Of a stretch of 64,000 bases of DNA, positions 40,925 to 50,659 are shown in pieces. The translations under genes were made by a program, and so were the position numbers. The stretch's first letter is position 1. Every line of letters starts with the position of its first letter. This stretch comes from Candidatus Enterousia sp. (GTDB taxonomy: Bacteria > Pseudomonadota > Alphaproteobacteria > Rs-D84). Below the pieces are notes generated by a model. The model saw only the letters and a program-made list of their open reading frames with translations. It was not told the DNA's origin and did not search any database. The DNA lies in NCBI GenBank assembly GCA_045612805.1, contig JAZKZR010000010.1, forward strand, positions 195,136 through 259,135, read 5' to 3'.

Positions 40925-41688
40925 TGCGAAAAAGTGAAAGAATTTTTATTAGTGTCGAAAATCTAACGCTGGGGTACGGCGGAAATGTCGTTGTGGAAAA
41001 ACTGAATTTTAATATAAACGCGGGCGACATTTTTGTAATTATGGGATTGTCGGGCTGTGGCAAAAGCACGATTATGCGTTCGATTGTTGGACTAAATAAA
41101 CCGATGTTGGGTCGTGTGATTGTGGGCGGCCAAGATTTATGGGCAATGTCGGAAAGTGCGCGCGAAAAAATAATTGAAACGTTTGGGGTGTCGTATCAAA
41201 GTGGCGCGTTGTTTTTATCAATGACCTTTGGTGAAAATGTTGCATTGCCAATGGAAATGAAAACAAATATGTCGCGTAAAGAGATAAATAAAGAAGTTCA
41301 CAAAAAACTTCAACTTGTTGGGCTTTCCGGATACGAAAATGTTTATCCCGCGGACGCAAGTGGCGGCATGATAAAACGTGCGGCACTTGCGCGGGCGCTT
41401 GCACTAAATCCGCGTGCACTCTTTTTCGATGAACCGTCGGCGGGACTTGACCCGGTGCGTTCGCGGCAATTGGATAATTTAATCGTGGAAATAAATAAAA
41501 AACTTGGCACGACGATTGTAATGGTGACACATGAATTGGCATCGATTCTGTCAATCGCAACAAATTCTGTTTATATTGGAAATAAAACTGTGCTTGCCAC
41601 CGGGGCACCGAAAAAGATTTTACAAACAACAAAAAACAAAGAGATTATCGAATTTCTAACACGTGAAACAAAGGGGGGCAAAAAATGA
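40924..41688 (+). CDS. mlaF: Mla/MCE ABC transporter ATP-binding protein
   Basis: Walker A GLSGCGKST, signature LSGGMIKRAALARALAL, Walker B LFFDEP. The ATG overlaps the mlaE stop (TAATG). Confidence 0.8.
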   Translation: MRKSERIFISVENLTLGYGGNVVVEKLNFNINAGDIFVIMGLSGCGKSTIMRSIVGLNKPMLGRVIVGGQDLWAMSESAREKIIETFGVSYQSGALFLSMTFGENVALPMEMKTNMSRKEINKEVHKKLQLVGLSGYENVYPADASGGMIKRAALARALALNPRALFFDEPSAGLDPVRSRQLDNLIVEINKKLGTTIVMVTHELASILSIATNSVYIGNKTVLATGAPKKILQTTKNKEIIEFLTRETKGGKK

Positions 41689-42461
41689 AACAACCATCGC
41701 GGCGCGCAATCGGCGGATTTATATTCTTGGTTATTTTAATTATTATCGGGACGGTTCTGTTCTTTTTCGGACGACGATTTGACCGTAATTATATAACGCC
41801 GGTTTTATTCTTTGAAGGTTCGGTCAAAGGCCTATCGGTTGGTTCAAATGTTTACTTTCGTGGCGTGCCGGTTGGACGTGTGGAAAAAATACAACTTATC
41901 CCGAATAACGAAGATAAAATTATTATCCCGGTTTATGTTCGCATCGATCCGCGTATGACGGCGCATGGCGAAATGTCGCGTTCGGAAATGGCGGGTTGGA
42001 TAAACGATTTGATACGGCACGGATTAAAGGGCAAATTGCAAACGCAAAATGTTTTAACCGGCCAAATGACAATCGAACTTGATTTTTATCCGAAATATCC
42101 ACCGCGTTTCCAGGCGGAAAAGTACGGAATCGAAGATATTGAAATCCCAACTGTGCCGTCGATGTTTGATGAAATTTCGCAAAACCTTGAAAAAATTCCG
42201 TTGTCAGATATATCAACAAACGTGAACGGCGTTTTGCAACAGTTGCACGACGATATGCCGGCACTGATGCGCCAATCGACCGAAGCGGTGGTTAGCATAA
42301 ATCGCCTTGCGGATTCGATTGCGGGGCCGGGCACGACAACGATGTCGGACTTTAACAAAATGATTCGCGACGTTAGCGAGGCCGCACGTGCGGTGTCGCG
42401 GCTTAGCGATTATTTGGAACGCCACCCAGAGGCATTATTAAAAGGAAAAGGAGGATATTAA
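41685..42461 (+). CDS. mlaD: MCE-domain periplasmic substrate-binding protein
   Basis: N-terminal TM helix followed by an MCE fold (…YFRGVPVGRVEKI…). It overlaps the mlaF stop. Confidence 0.75.
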   Translation: MKQPSRRAIGGFIFLVILIIIGTVLFFFGRRFDRNYITPVLFFEGSVKGLSVGSNVYFRGVPVGRVEKIQLIPNNEDKIIIPVYVRIDPRMTAHGEMSRSEMAGWINDLIRHGLKGKLQTQNVLTGQMTIELDFYPKYPPRFQAEKYGIEDIEIPTVPSMFDEISQNLEKIPLSDISTNVNGVLQQLHDDMPALMRQSTEAVVSINRLADSIAGPGTTTMSDFNKMIRDVSEAARAVSRLSDYLERHPEALLKGKGGY

Positions 42462-42462
42462 A

Positions 42463-43068
42463 ATGAAAAAATATATTTGTTTGATTGTTGCAACATTTGC
42501 GATTTCTGCCTGCACGCTTTGGCGGACCAGTGAACCCGCGCGGTTTTACACATTTACCGCGCCCGATGTGTCGCAAATTCGCGGGCCCGCACATGTGACA
42601 ACCGTTGCAATTGAAAATGTCACCGTGCCACAATCAATCAACCGTCCGCAAATTGTTATGAAATACAAAAATTCGAACATGATGATGGTGTCTGAATTTG
42701 ACCGTTGGATTGATGAACCCGCGAATTCGTTACCGGTTGTGATTTCTGAAAATATGAATATGTACGCAAAAAACATTAGCGCGCGACCAACAAAAAATTC
42801 AGTTGAGGCGCGTAACGCAAAATACATTTTGGCGGTGGACTTTGTCCGGTTTGAAACAGAAATCAATGGCAAAATCACAATATCGGCATGGTGGACACTA
42901 ACCAACAATCGTGGTGATATAGTCGCACAAAAGAAAATGACACAAACCGCGGACACACCGGAACTGGACGCAAGTTATCCAAACTATGACGCAATCGTCG
43001 CGGCGCAGAGTAAATTGCTTGCACGCCTGTCATATAAAATCGCCGACGTGATAAGTGAATTGAAATAA
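42463..43068 (+). CDS. PqiC/YmbA-like ABC-transport auxiliary lipoprotein
   Basis: Lipobox FAISAC. About 200 aa, directly after the MCE gene (1-bp spacing). Confidence 0.6.
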   Translation: MKKYICLIVATFAISACTLWRTSEPARFYTFTAPDVSQIRGPAHVTTVAIENVTVPQSINRPQIVMKYKNSNMMMVSEFDRWIDEPANSLPVVISENMNMYAKNISARPTKNSVEARNAKYILAVDFVRFETEINGKITISAWWTLTNNRGDIVAQKKMTQTADTPELDASYPNYDAIVAAQSKLLARLSYKIADVISELK

Positions 43069-43071
43069 AAA

Positions 43072-43097
43072 AAATTCCCCAAACGGGGAATTTTTTA
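43072..43097. terminator. Bidirectional rho-independent terminator (end of the mla operon, convergent with rne)
   Basis: ttcccc-aaac-ggggaa followed by tttttt, with an A-run on the other side. Confidence 0.6.
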
Positions 43098-44900
43098 TCC
43101 AACCAACTTTCGCCATAAACTCGGTTTCTTTTTACCTTTCTGGTTTTGGCGTTTGCGTGTGCGATGTGGCGCATTCATGGTTGTGCGTTTTGCCTCTACA
43201 TGTTGCGCATTTTTCTTTTTCGCATCCGTTGACGGCGCGTTCGCCATAAGGATTTCATCGGTTTTTACCTGTTCCGGGGCAACGCGTTGAATTGAATATT
43301 GGTCAATGTTCATCAAACTGTCATCGCCAACAACCACAATTTCCGTTCCAAATTCATTTTCCATTGCGTTCAATTCCGCGCGTTTGTGATTAAGGATATA
43401 AATCGCGACATCGGTCGGCACGGTCATGATGATTTTCTGCGCCGCCTTGGCCAACAATTTTTCTTGCAAATGGCGGAACAAAATAATCGACGCGGTTTGA
43501 ATACTTGGCACAACGCCAGCACCCATACAGTGCGGACACGCAACATACGAAGATTCGATAAAACTGCTGCGTAATCTTTGACGCGACAACATCAAAACCC
43601 CAAACGCGTTTATTTTTGCAACCTGGGTCCGGGCGCGGTCATGTTTCATCACTTCGCGCATTTTCATTTCCAATTTGCGATTGTTGCGTTCTTCTTCCAT
43701 ATCGATAAAGTCAATCGCGACAATCCCCGCCAAATCGCGCAGGCGCAATTGAAGGGCGATTTCCTCTGCCGCTTCTAAATTAGTATTCAGTGCGGTTTGT
43801 TCGATATCTTTTTCCTTTATCGCGCGCGAAGAATTGACGTCAATTGTCACCATCGCTTCGGTTTGATTTATAACAATCGAACCGCCGGACGGCAATTGCA
43901 CATACGGGCCATGCAATCCTTCCAATTGTTTTTCAACGCCTGCCTTGACCATGAGTGGCACCGCGTCATCCTTGTAAAGGACCAATTGTTTCCGTGGCGC
44001 GTGGCCGTACATTTGTTGGAAATAATTTTTCGCGGCTTCGAATGCCTCTTCGCCTTGGATGGTTAAAACATCATCTTTGTCCGAAAGAAAATCGCGAACA
44101 ACACGGCGCAAAAGTGAATCTTCGGTATGAATTATCACCGGCGCAACCGATTCCAATGTGGTCTTGCGAATTTCGTTCCAAAGGTTCACCAGGTAATCAT
44201 AGTCCGCCGAAATTTCCGCCGCCGTTGCACCCATCGCCGCCGTGCGCAAAACAACCGTCATGCCCTTTGGAATTTTAAGTGTGTGCAAAATTTCACGCAA
44301 ACGTGCGCGTTCCGGCCGGTCCGAAATCTTTTTTGAAATACCATAACTGTTGCGTTTACGCGAATTAGGCATCAAAACCGCAAAGCGGCCCGCCAACGAC
44401 AAATATGTCGTCATCGACGCGCCTTTTTGTCCGCGTTCTTCCTTGACCCCTTGGACCAGCAGGATTTGTTTCGGTTTAATCACATCTTGGATTTTGAATT
44501 CGCGTGCGCGTTTTTCAAATTCCTTGTTATCTTCGCCCGCACTGTGGTCGTCATAGTCGGCGACTTCGTCCCCTTCGTCATCGGGGTCTTCGTCATCATC
44601 AACGATGTTCGCATGCGCAAGTTCGATAAGTTTCTTTTTCTGTTCCGGCGTTATTTGGTAATAGTCCGGATGAATTTCCGAAAACGGCAAAAAACCATTT
44701 TTCCCCGTTCCGTAATCAACAAATGCGGCCTGAAGCGACGGTTCAACCCGAATAACCTTGGCCAGATAAATGTTCCCTTTTATCTGGGGCTTAGTCGTGG
44801 TTTCAACGTCAAAATCAGAAACGCGATTATTGGTGGAATCAACAACGACAACGCGTGTTTCCTCCGGGTGGACCGCGTCCACATATATCCTTTTTGACAT
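43095..44900 (-). CDS. rne: Ribonuclease E/G family endoribonuclease (short form with a basic C-terminal tail)
   Basis: S1 domain ...GNIYLAKVIRVEPSLQAAFVDYG, a catalytic core, and the Zn-link CPHCMGAG. 601 aa. Confidence 0.85.
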   Translation of the reverse strand: MSKRIYVDAVHPEETRVVVVDSTNNRVSDFDVETTTKPQIKGNIYLAKVIRVEPSLQAAFVDYGTGKNGFLPFSEIHPDYYQITPEQKKKLIELAHANIVDDDEDPDDEGDEVADYDDHSAGEDNKEFEKRAREFKIQDVIKPKQILLVQGVKEERGQKGASMTTYLSLAGRFAVLMPNSRKRNSYGISKKISDRPERARLREILHTLKIPKGMTVVLRTAAMGATAAEISADYDYLVNLWNEIRKTTLESVAPVIIHTEDSLLRRVVRDFLSDKDDVLTIQGEEAFEAAKNYFQQMYGHAPRKQLVLYKDDAVPLMVKAGVEKQLEGLHGPYVQLPSGGSIVINQTEAMVTIDVNSSRAIKEKDIEQTALNTNLEAAEEIALQLRLRDLAGIVAIDFIDMEEERNNRKLEMKMREVMKHDRARTQVAKINAFGVLMLSRQRLRSSFIESSYVACPHCMGAGVVPSIQTASIILFRHLQEKLLAKAAQKIIMTVPTDVAIYILNHKRAELNAMENEFGTEIVVVGDDSLMNIDQYSIQRVAPEQVKTDEILMANAPSTDAKKKNAQHVEAKRTTMNAPHRTRKRQNQKGKKKPSLWRKLVG

Positions 44901-45309
44901 TTGATAATCCTTTTATGTTTATTGCGTATAAATGGCCATTAATCCGTCCCCGTGGGGCGTCCAAGCCCATGCCAAGGGAATACGCCACGATAAGACACAG
45001 CGCCAATCGAATCAAAGGAAATAAAAACAACATGTTTTACAACCCCATATTATACGTTGGGTAAAAGTTTATCATGCCCCTAATCATTTGGCAAGGATAT
45101 TTTATTCGCCCCAGCATGAAATTATAAAATTTTCCAATGGCCGCCGGATTTCCCGCCAAAAAATCAAAATTTTCTGGGTAGTCTTCTAGGTAATTTTTGT
45201 GTCGGTCTTTCCTGTCCACATTTCGCAGGCAAATGTATGCGTTTTAAGTTTTTTCTTGACAAACGGAATAACGGTGGTACGGTTTTCGTGTTTAACAAAA
45301 GGATTTGAA

Positions 45310-45981
45310 ATGTGGCGTGGCATACCCGGAACGTGGGGTTTATGTGGTGTATATTGTAAGAATTTGGCAAATGTTGCCGCCATCGGAACATCAACATGGC
45401 AATATCACGGTGAATACCCAACGGATTTTGAATCTTTTTGGGGAAGTTTGGTAATACATAACGGTGTCGAAGGTAAATGTGAACGTATCTATACTATAAA
45501 ACTGTTCTGCGGTTACGTGATGAAGGAAATCATCAAATTTGGTGACCAATCAGACCCAGAAACAAACAGCTATGAATACGATGGGGGGCAACCAGAGGAC
45601 TTGTTAGAATGGTGCAAACAAATTTGGAAAACAGATAAGGCAAAAGGGATTACATTGTCGCCGCTGAGTGCGGGTATGCAATTAGATGCTGCCAAAGATT
45701 TACAAGTAGGCAAAATTGCTCAATTATGCCTGTTAACCAAAACACCTGTTGTATTCTCGGGTTCTTATTATCCCAATATAGATGTCATAACGGTGAACGG
45801 TCAGGAAATTCCGACAGATGGTAAAGGAAAGTTTTATACAGGGGTTTTGCAACACGAACAACAGAAACGGACAAAATCGCAACGCGACACAAAGGCACAA
45901 GAAAACGGTTTGTGGATGGCCACGACTAATGCATTAATACACCAGTTGAAAACGCAGGTTGCAGCCAATAGTAAGGCTTAG
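45310..45981 (+). CDS. Hypothetical protein
   Basis: ORF 45199-45981 trimmed to an internal Met (MWRGIPGTW...). No motif recognised. Confidence 0.4.
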   Translation: MWRGIPGTWGLCGVYCKNLANVAAIGTSTWQYHGEYPTDFESFWGSLVIHNGVEGKCERIYTIKLFCGYVMKEIIKFGDQSDPETNSYEYDGGQPEDLLEWCKQIWKTDKAKGITLSPLSAGMQLDAAKDLQVGKIAQLCLLTKTPVVFSGSYYPNIDVITVNGQEIPTDGKGKFYTGVLQHEQQKRTKSQRDTKAQENGLWMATTNALIHQLKTQVAANSKA

Positions 45982-45983
45982 TA

Positions 45984-47000
45984 TTATTTCCCCTTTGAAA
46001 ATCCCGGAAAATGGGGAATTCGCTGCTTTGCTTCGGCAAGCCACCGCTTCATACGCGCGCGCAACCAACGTTCATAAATAAAGAATAACCCACCAACGCC
46101 AATCAACGGCAAAACATAATAAATTATACGATAGGCCAGCAATGCACCAAAAATACTTGCCTTGTCAATATCGTCGGGCAGGGCGATCAAGAAAACACTT
46201 TCAAACACACCAATTCCGCCGGGAACCTGGCTAAAAACACCGGTCGTTTGTGCCACAACGAATAATCCGATAAATGTTCCAAACGGAATTTGCACAAACG
46301 GCGTCATACAAAAATAAAGGACCAGTCCCGCCAAAACACTGTCCGTCATACCAAGCAGTGTTTGTAAAAACGCCATTTTTGTTGACGGAACATCAAATTT
46401 AAGTTGCCCGATTTTAACGCTTTTGTTGCGGAAAAACACCGTAATCGCGAAATAGGCTAACAACGCCGCCAAACAGAATATAAATAGGGTATTAAGGCCC
46501 ACCGACGCACCGACCGATTCGGCAAAAATATCATGCGGTATAAGGAAATAACCAACAACCGCAATCGCCGTTGCACCCAAAAAATATGTGAACCCGTTGA
46601 TTGTTACGATTTTAACGATATCGCCACCACGAATGCGCCACCGCGTATAAAGCCGATAACGAATTGCGCCACCAGACACCACCGCGTGACCGGCATTATT
46701 GCTTATTGCGAACCCAAGCATCCCGGCCAACATCCATTTCCACCAAGAAACCTTGCCCCCCGCGCCAACATAATGCAGTGCCAAATAATCATACAATGCC
46801 AACGCGACATACCCCGCAAAGCACGCAACCGACGCCGCAACCAAATTCACAAATGGAATATCCAGTAGCGCCCGCGCAATATCGCCCAGTGAATAATTGC
46901 GCAATTGCCACCAAAGCATCCCGGCCGCAACACAGAAAAACACCAATCCCGAATATCCAATAAGTTTTTTGAATATCTTTTTTGCCTTTACTGACATCAT
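45984..47000 (-). CDS. Integral membrane protein, lysylphosphatidylglycerol-synthase-TM/flippase-like (UPF0104-type)
   Basis: 338 aa with about 8 TM helices and a pattern typical of the MprF-TM/AglD2-like family. This is inference. Confidence 0.5.
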   Translation of the reverse strand: MMSVKAKKIFKKLIGYSGLVFFCVAAGMLWWQLRNYSLGDIARALLDIPFVNLVAASVACFAGYVALALYDYLALHYVGAGGKVSWWKWMLAGMLGFAISNNAGHAVVSGGAIRYRLYTRWRIRGGDIVKIVTINGFTYFLGATAIAVVGYFLIPHDIFAESVGASVGLNTLFIFCLAALLAYFAITVFFRNKSVKIGQLKFDVPSTKMAFLQTLLGMTDSVLAGLVLYFCMTPFVQIPFGTFIGLFVVAQTTGVFSQVPGGIGVFESVFLIALPDDIDKASIFGALLAYRIIYYVLPLIGVGGLFFIYERWLRARMKRWLAEAKQRIPHFPGFSKGK

Positions 47001-47165
47001 AAACCTTCCACGAGTTCACAGAATAACACCCAAGGAAATAAAAAGCAAGTAGTCAGTGTAAGTGGGTAGTAGATTCTGGAATTCCCCACTAACACCAAGC
47101 CAGGGCAAAAGCCCTGGCGCAGTCGCGCCGTAGCCTCGGGCGAAGGCGGATAACACTAACCACCA
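47001..47165. repeat. Dispersed structured intergenic repeat, copy B
   Basis: Matches 4396-4560. Hairpin 1 (gccagggcaaaagccctggc) is conserved. Hairpin 2 is retained but with a different sequence (cgcc...ggcg here, gtcaccgc...gcggtgac in copy A). Confidence 0.6.
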
Positions 47166-47212
47166 TCCATCCCTTGCACCGCGGAATTTTTTTTGATATA
47201 ATACCCACCGAA

Positions 47213-48364
47213 ATGAAGGTATCCAGACGTCATATTTTACAAATTACCGGAATCGGTATAGTTATCGCGGGCGCGCTTCCGCGCATGGCTTTTGCGGCGC
47301 GTAATTCTATTAAATCTATGCGCACGGGGGTGCAACCGGGAAACAAGACGCGCTTTGTCGTTGAAACGGCAAACCGCCCATCATATACATTGGTCTATGG
47401 TGAAAACACATTGACGGTAAAGTTATCAAACACGCCGGCAAATGATTCCATTAGTCCAAAATTGGCATCGGGAACATTGGTGCGTAACGTGTCCCAGACC
47501 CAAATTGGCGATTCTGTAAACATTGTTCTGGATTTGAAAAAGCCAGTTGCCGAAATTCCAAAGAACCAGATTATGGTTTTGGAACCGAACGGCGACAACG
47601 ATTATCGACTTGTGCTGGACTTTGTTGCCGGCACGACCAAGGCAAATGCGGCGACGGCGACCACAGCAACCACGGCCCCGACCGAAAAAAAACACATAAT
47701 CGTCATTGATGCCGGCCACGGTGGCAAAGACCCGGGTTGCATCGGGCGTGGCGGAACCAAGGAAAAAACGGTTGTGCTATCGGTTGCACAAAAATTGCGC
47801 ACCGCACTTAAAAACGCCGGTTTCACGGTATATATGACGCGCAGTGATGATAATTATTTGAAATTGAACGAACGCGCAGAAATTGCGGAAAAACGCCACG
47901 CGGATTTGTTCCTTTCAATACACGCAAATGCGAACCCAAGTCGTTCTGTCAAGGGATTTTCAATCTATACCCTTTCTGAAAAGGCATCGGACGAAGAAGC
48001 ACAAAAACTTGCGGATGCCGAAAACGCGGCTGATAAAATCGATGTGACCGGGTTCGAAAGTTTTTCCAAGGATATTCGCATCGCGCTTTCGTCATTGCAA
48101 CAACACGCGGTTGCGGAAATGAGTGTGGAATACGCAAACGGTTGCGCGCGTGCGTTTAATCGCGCAGGAATTGAACAGCAAGCCGGTCCTGCCGTTCGCC
48201 ATGCGCCACTTGCGGTGTTGCGTTCAACCGTGCCGGGCGCACTGATTGAATGTGGGCATTTGTCGAACAAGGCCGAAGAAAAATTGTTAAAAAGTTCCGC
48301 GCACCAAGATAAACTTGTCACCGCAATCGTCAAATCTATCAAAAATTACGATTTTGAAGTGTAA
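47213..48364 (+). CDS. amiC: N-acetylmuramoyl-L-alanine amidase (AmiC-like) with a Tat signal and an AMIN domain
   Basis: Tat motif SRRHILQITGIGIVIAGALPRMAFA. The Amidase_3 core reads IIVIDAGHGGKDPG...LFLSIHANA. Confidence 0.8.
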   Translation: MKVSRRHILQITGIGIVIAGALPRMAFAARNSIKSMRTGVQPGNKTRFVVETANRPSYTLVYGENTLTVKLSNTPANDSISPKLASGTLVRNVSQTQIGDSVNIVLDLKKPVAEIPKNQIMVLEPNGDNDYRLVLDFVAGTTKANAATATTATTAPTEKKHIIVIDAGHGGKDPGCIGRGGTKEKTVVLSVAQKLRTALKNAGFTVYMTRSDDNYLKLNERAEIAEKRHADLFLSIHANANPSRSVKGFSIYTLSEKASDEEAQKLADAENAADKIDVTGFESFSKDIRIALSSLQQHAVAEMSVEYANGCARAFNRAGIEQQAGPAVRHAPLAVLRSTVPGALIECGHLSNKAEEKLLKSSAHQDKLVTAIVKSIKNYDFEV

Positions 48365-48439
48365 AAAAACACAAACGGGGCAAATTCCTAGCGGACTAGA
48401 ATTCTGTTGCTAACTTTCCCATACTTAAATATATTAACG

Positions 48440-49183
48440 CTAACGTGACCGATGACGCTGACCGTATGCGCGCCTTACAGGTTCAGTTTTATTGTTAAAC
48501 AATAACGACATATGTGCAGGTATATGTCCCGTCACCTGTGGGTGAATTTCGCACATTTTATCGTTAACAACAATTGTATTGGAAGGAATTTTCTTTACAT
48601 ATACCTCTCTATTATCATATTTGTATACATATAACGGGATGTGCGGGTTTATTTCTGATTCTTGATTATATCGTGTATAATCAAATTTTTCCGAATCAAA
48701 AACACCATCTATAAGATGGATGTACTTGAAATCATAGCCCAGAATTTTGCGGATATTTGTTGTGTATATCATTTTGTTTGCACGGTTATAAACAAAATGA
48801 AAAATACCGTTATTCACAGCCCGCAATTTCAAAGTATTAGAAATACTAACTCCACCCAAATCAGTATCAAAAATATGAACCATAGCATTTCTGCGCATTG
48901 TTATATTGTATGTTGGTCGTTCATAAAGAAGTGGGGTATAATCGTCAGAAATGTCGTGTAATCTGCTACAAAAATCTTGTGTCAGCGTAATTAATTCACG
49001 TGTTGTTTTCTGCCTCTCTTCTCTATGCATGATAAAATAGGGATCAAAAGGATTTCCGCGTGCATTCACAGCGGCCGGAATGTTTTTTAAAGCTAAACCA
49101 GATTCTTCTTTGTTTTTCATATCTGTTGGCAATATTAAATCAGTGGCTTCTAAACTGTAATAAACATGTGACATAACTTGCAT
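48440..49183 (-). CDS. Hypothetical protein (AT-rich, next to tRNA-Ser)
   Basis: 247-aa ORF with no motif. Confidence 0.45.
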   Translation of the reverse strand: MQVMSHVYYSLEATDLILPTDMKNKEESGLALKNIPAAVNARGNPFDPYFIMHREERQKTTRELITLTQDFCSRLHDISDDYTPLLYERPTYNITMRRNAMVHIFDTDLGGVSISNTLKLRAVNNGIFHFVYNRANKMIYTTNIRKILGYDFKYIHLIDGVFDSEKFDYTRYNQESEINPHIPLYVYKYDNREVYVKKIPSNTIVVNDKMCEIHPQVTGHIPAHMSLLFNNKTEPVRRAYGQRHRSR

Positions 49184-49347
49184 TTCGTACTCCTTATAAA
49201 AACATATCTTAGGGAAAAAGATACCTAAAACAAACGAATTGTCAAGTTTTTTTTAACTATCAAGAAAAAAGTATACCAGAGTGAATGTACGAAAAATCCC
49301 GCAGAACCGCGGACTTTTTATCGATGCTGGCATACCTGCCAGAATAC

Positions 49348-49438
49348 TGGCGGAGATAGGGGGATTCGAACCCTCGATACAGTTTCCTGTATACACGATT
49401 TCGAGTCGTGCGCATTCAACCAGCTCTGCCATATCTCC
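49348..49438 (-). tRNA. tRNA-Ser (anticodon CGA), class II with a long variable arm
   Basis: Acceptor GGAGATA/TATCTCC, anticodon loop CTCGAAA, variable stem-loop tatacag-gaaa-ctgtat, T-loop TTCGAAT, encoded CCA. The 3' half resembles E. coli serU. Confidence 0.8.
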
Positions 49439-49557
49439 GGTGCGGGTATTATACACATGCCTAAACATTTTGCAAGGTGATTTTTTTTACAATTTCCACA
49501 TTGAAAAACATGGTGAGTTTCCTATATAATGTAATGTCAGAGCCAAGAGGTGTCATC

Positions 49558-50283
49558 ATGATGAATCAAAATTCTAAACCACAAATCACTGAAATCATAA
49601 ACGCAATGCAATCGCCCACCAAATGGAATACATATAGGGTGACACAGGCCCGTAAAATCGTCGGCAAAATCGAAAAAACAAAATCCGAACAATTTGCGGA
49701 ATACGTTGATGGTGTTTTTATGTCGGTTTGTGAAGAGTTAAATGTTTTTGAAATGGCGCGCGATTGGGCGAAAAAAACGGCCCCCGAAAAATTGGCTGTG
49801 GCGGGCAACATTATCAAACGTTTTGTCGAACGCGTGCAATCGGACACACAAACAGGTCGTGCGAAAAAGTATAACGATAAAGTGGTGGAATCCGTTCCAA
49901 AAATTTCCGTGTCGCGCGCAACCGATGGCCAAATGTCGGTATCGCCGCGGGGCACGGTCAATGTAAACCCCAATTTTCAGTATTATGATAATTTGATAAA
50001 TTTCCTTATGGATCTGCGGCACGAAAGTACACATATTGTTGATATGTTTTTCCCGTCAATCAGTCCACTGGATACGGATATTCGTGATCTTTCGATGGCG
50101 TTTTATATAAAGCCCAATGAAGATATGGATTTATACAAGCAAAATCCATTGGAATTAAACGCGAATATGCGCCGTCGCGAATTTGGTAATAAATTACAGG
50201 AAAAAATCGCGCTGTGCGAATATGCGCGGGTGCAAAGGTTGGTTGGCAATGCAGTTGCACGCGGAATTTCACGGGGGCGCTAA
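49558..50283 (+). CDS. Hypothetical protein
   Basis: ORF 49477-50283. An internal Met was chosen to leave space after the tRNA, so the start is uncertain. Confidence 0.4.
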   Translation: MMNQNSKPQITEIINAMQSPTKWNTYRVTQARKIVGKIEKTKSEQFAEYVDGVFMSVCEELNVFEMARDWAKKTAPEKLAVAGNIIKRFVERVQSDTQTGRAKKYNDKVVESVPKISVSRATDGQMSVSPRGTVNVNPNFQYYDNLINFLMDLRHESTHIVDMFFPSISPLDTDIRDLSMAFYIKPNEDMDLYKQNPLELNANMRRREFGNKLQEKIALCEYARVQRLVGNAVARGISRGR

Positions 50284-50633
50284 TGTCGGAAAAAAGTTTC
50301 AATGAAAGTGTTTATGAAATTGTGGCGAAAATTCCCGCCGGTCGCGTGGCGACATTTGGTCAAATTGCGCGTATGATTGGCCGGCCGAAAATGGCGCGCT
50401 TTGTTGGTTATGCATCAAATAATAAAAAAAGTTGGCACTTGCCGTGGCACCGCGTTGTGTTCAAAGATGGCAGTATTTGTAGCCAACAATTTTTTGACCA
50501 ATCATACAAGGCATTAAAGGCCGAAGGTGTAAAATTTACCCTTGACAAACGCGTAAAAATGCCGGATTTTCAATGGCAGCCGGAATCTGAATCCATGCCT
50601 GCCGATATTCGCGATTGGCCATTAAAGTTTTAA
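50283..50633 (+). CDS. atl: Alkyltransferase-like protein (MGMT DNA-binding domain with Cys replaced by Trp: PWHRVV)
   Basis: MGMT C-terminal HTH domain ...GRVATFGQIARMIG...PWHRVV. The catalytic PCHRV carries W instead of C. Confidence 0.65.
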   Translation: MSEKSFNESVYEIVAKIPAGRVATFGQIARMIGRPKMARFVGYASNNKKSWHLPWHRVVFKDGSICSQQFFDQSYKALKAEGVKFTLDKRVKMPDFQWQPESESMPADIRDWPLKF

Positions 50634-50659
50634 AAAAGGGCGCAACCGCGCCCTGTTCT

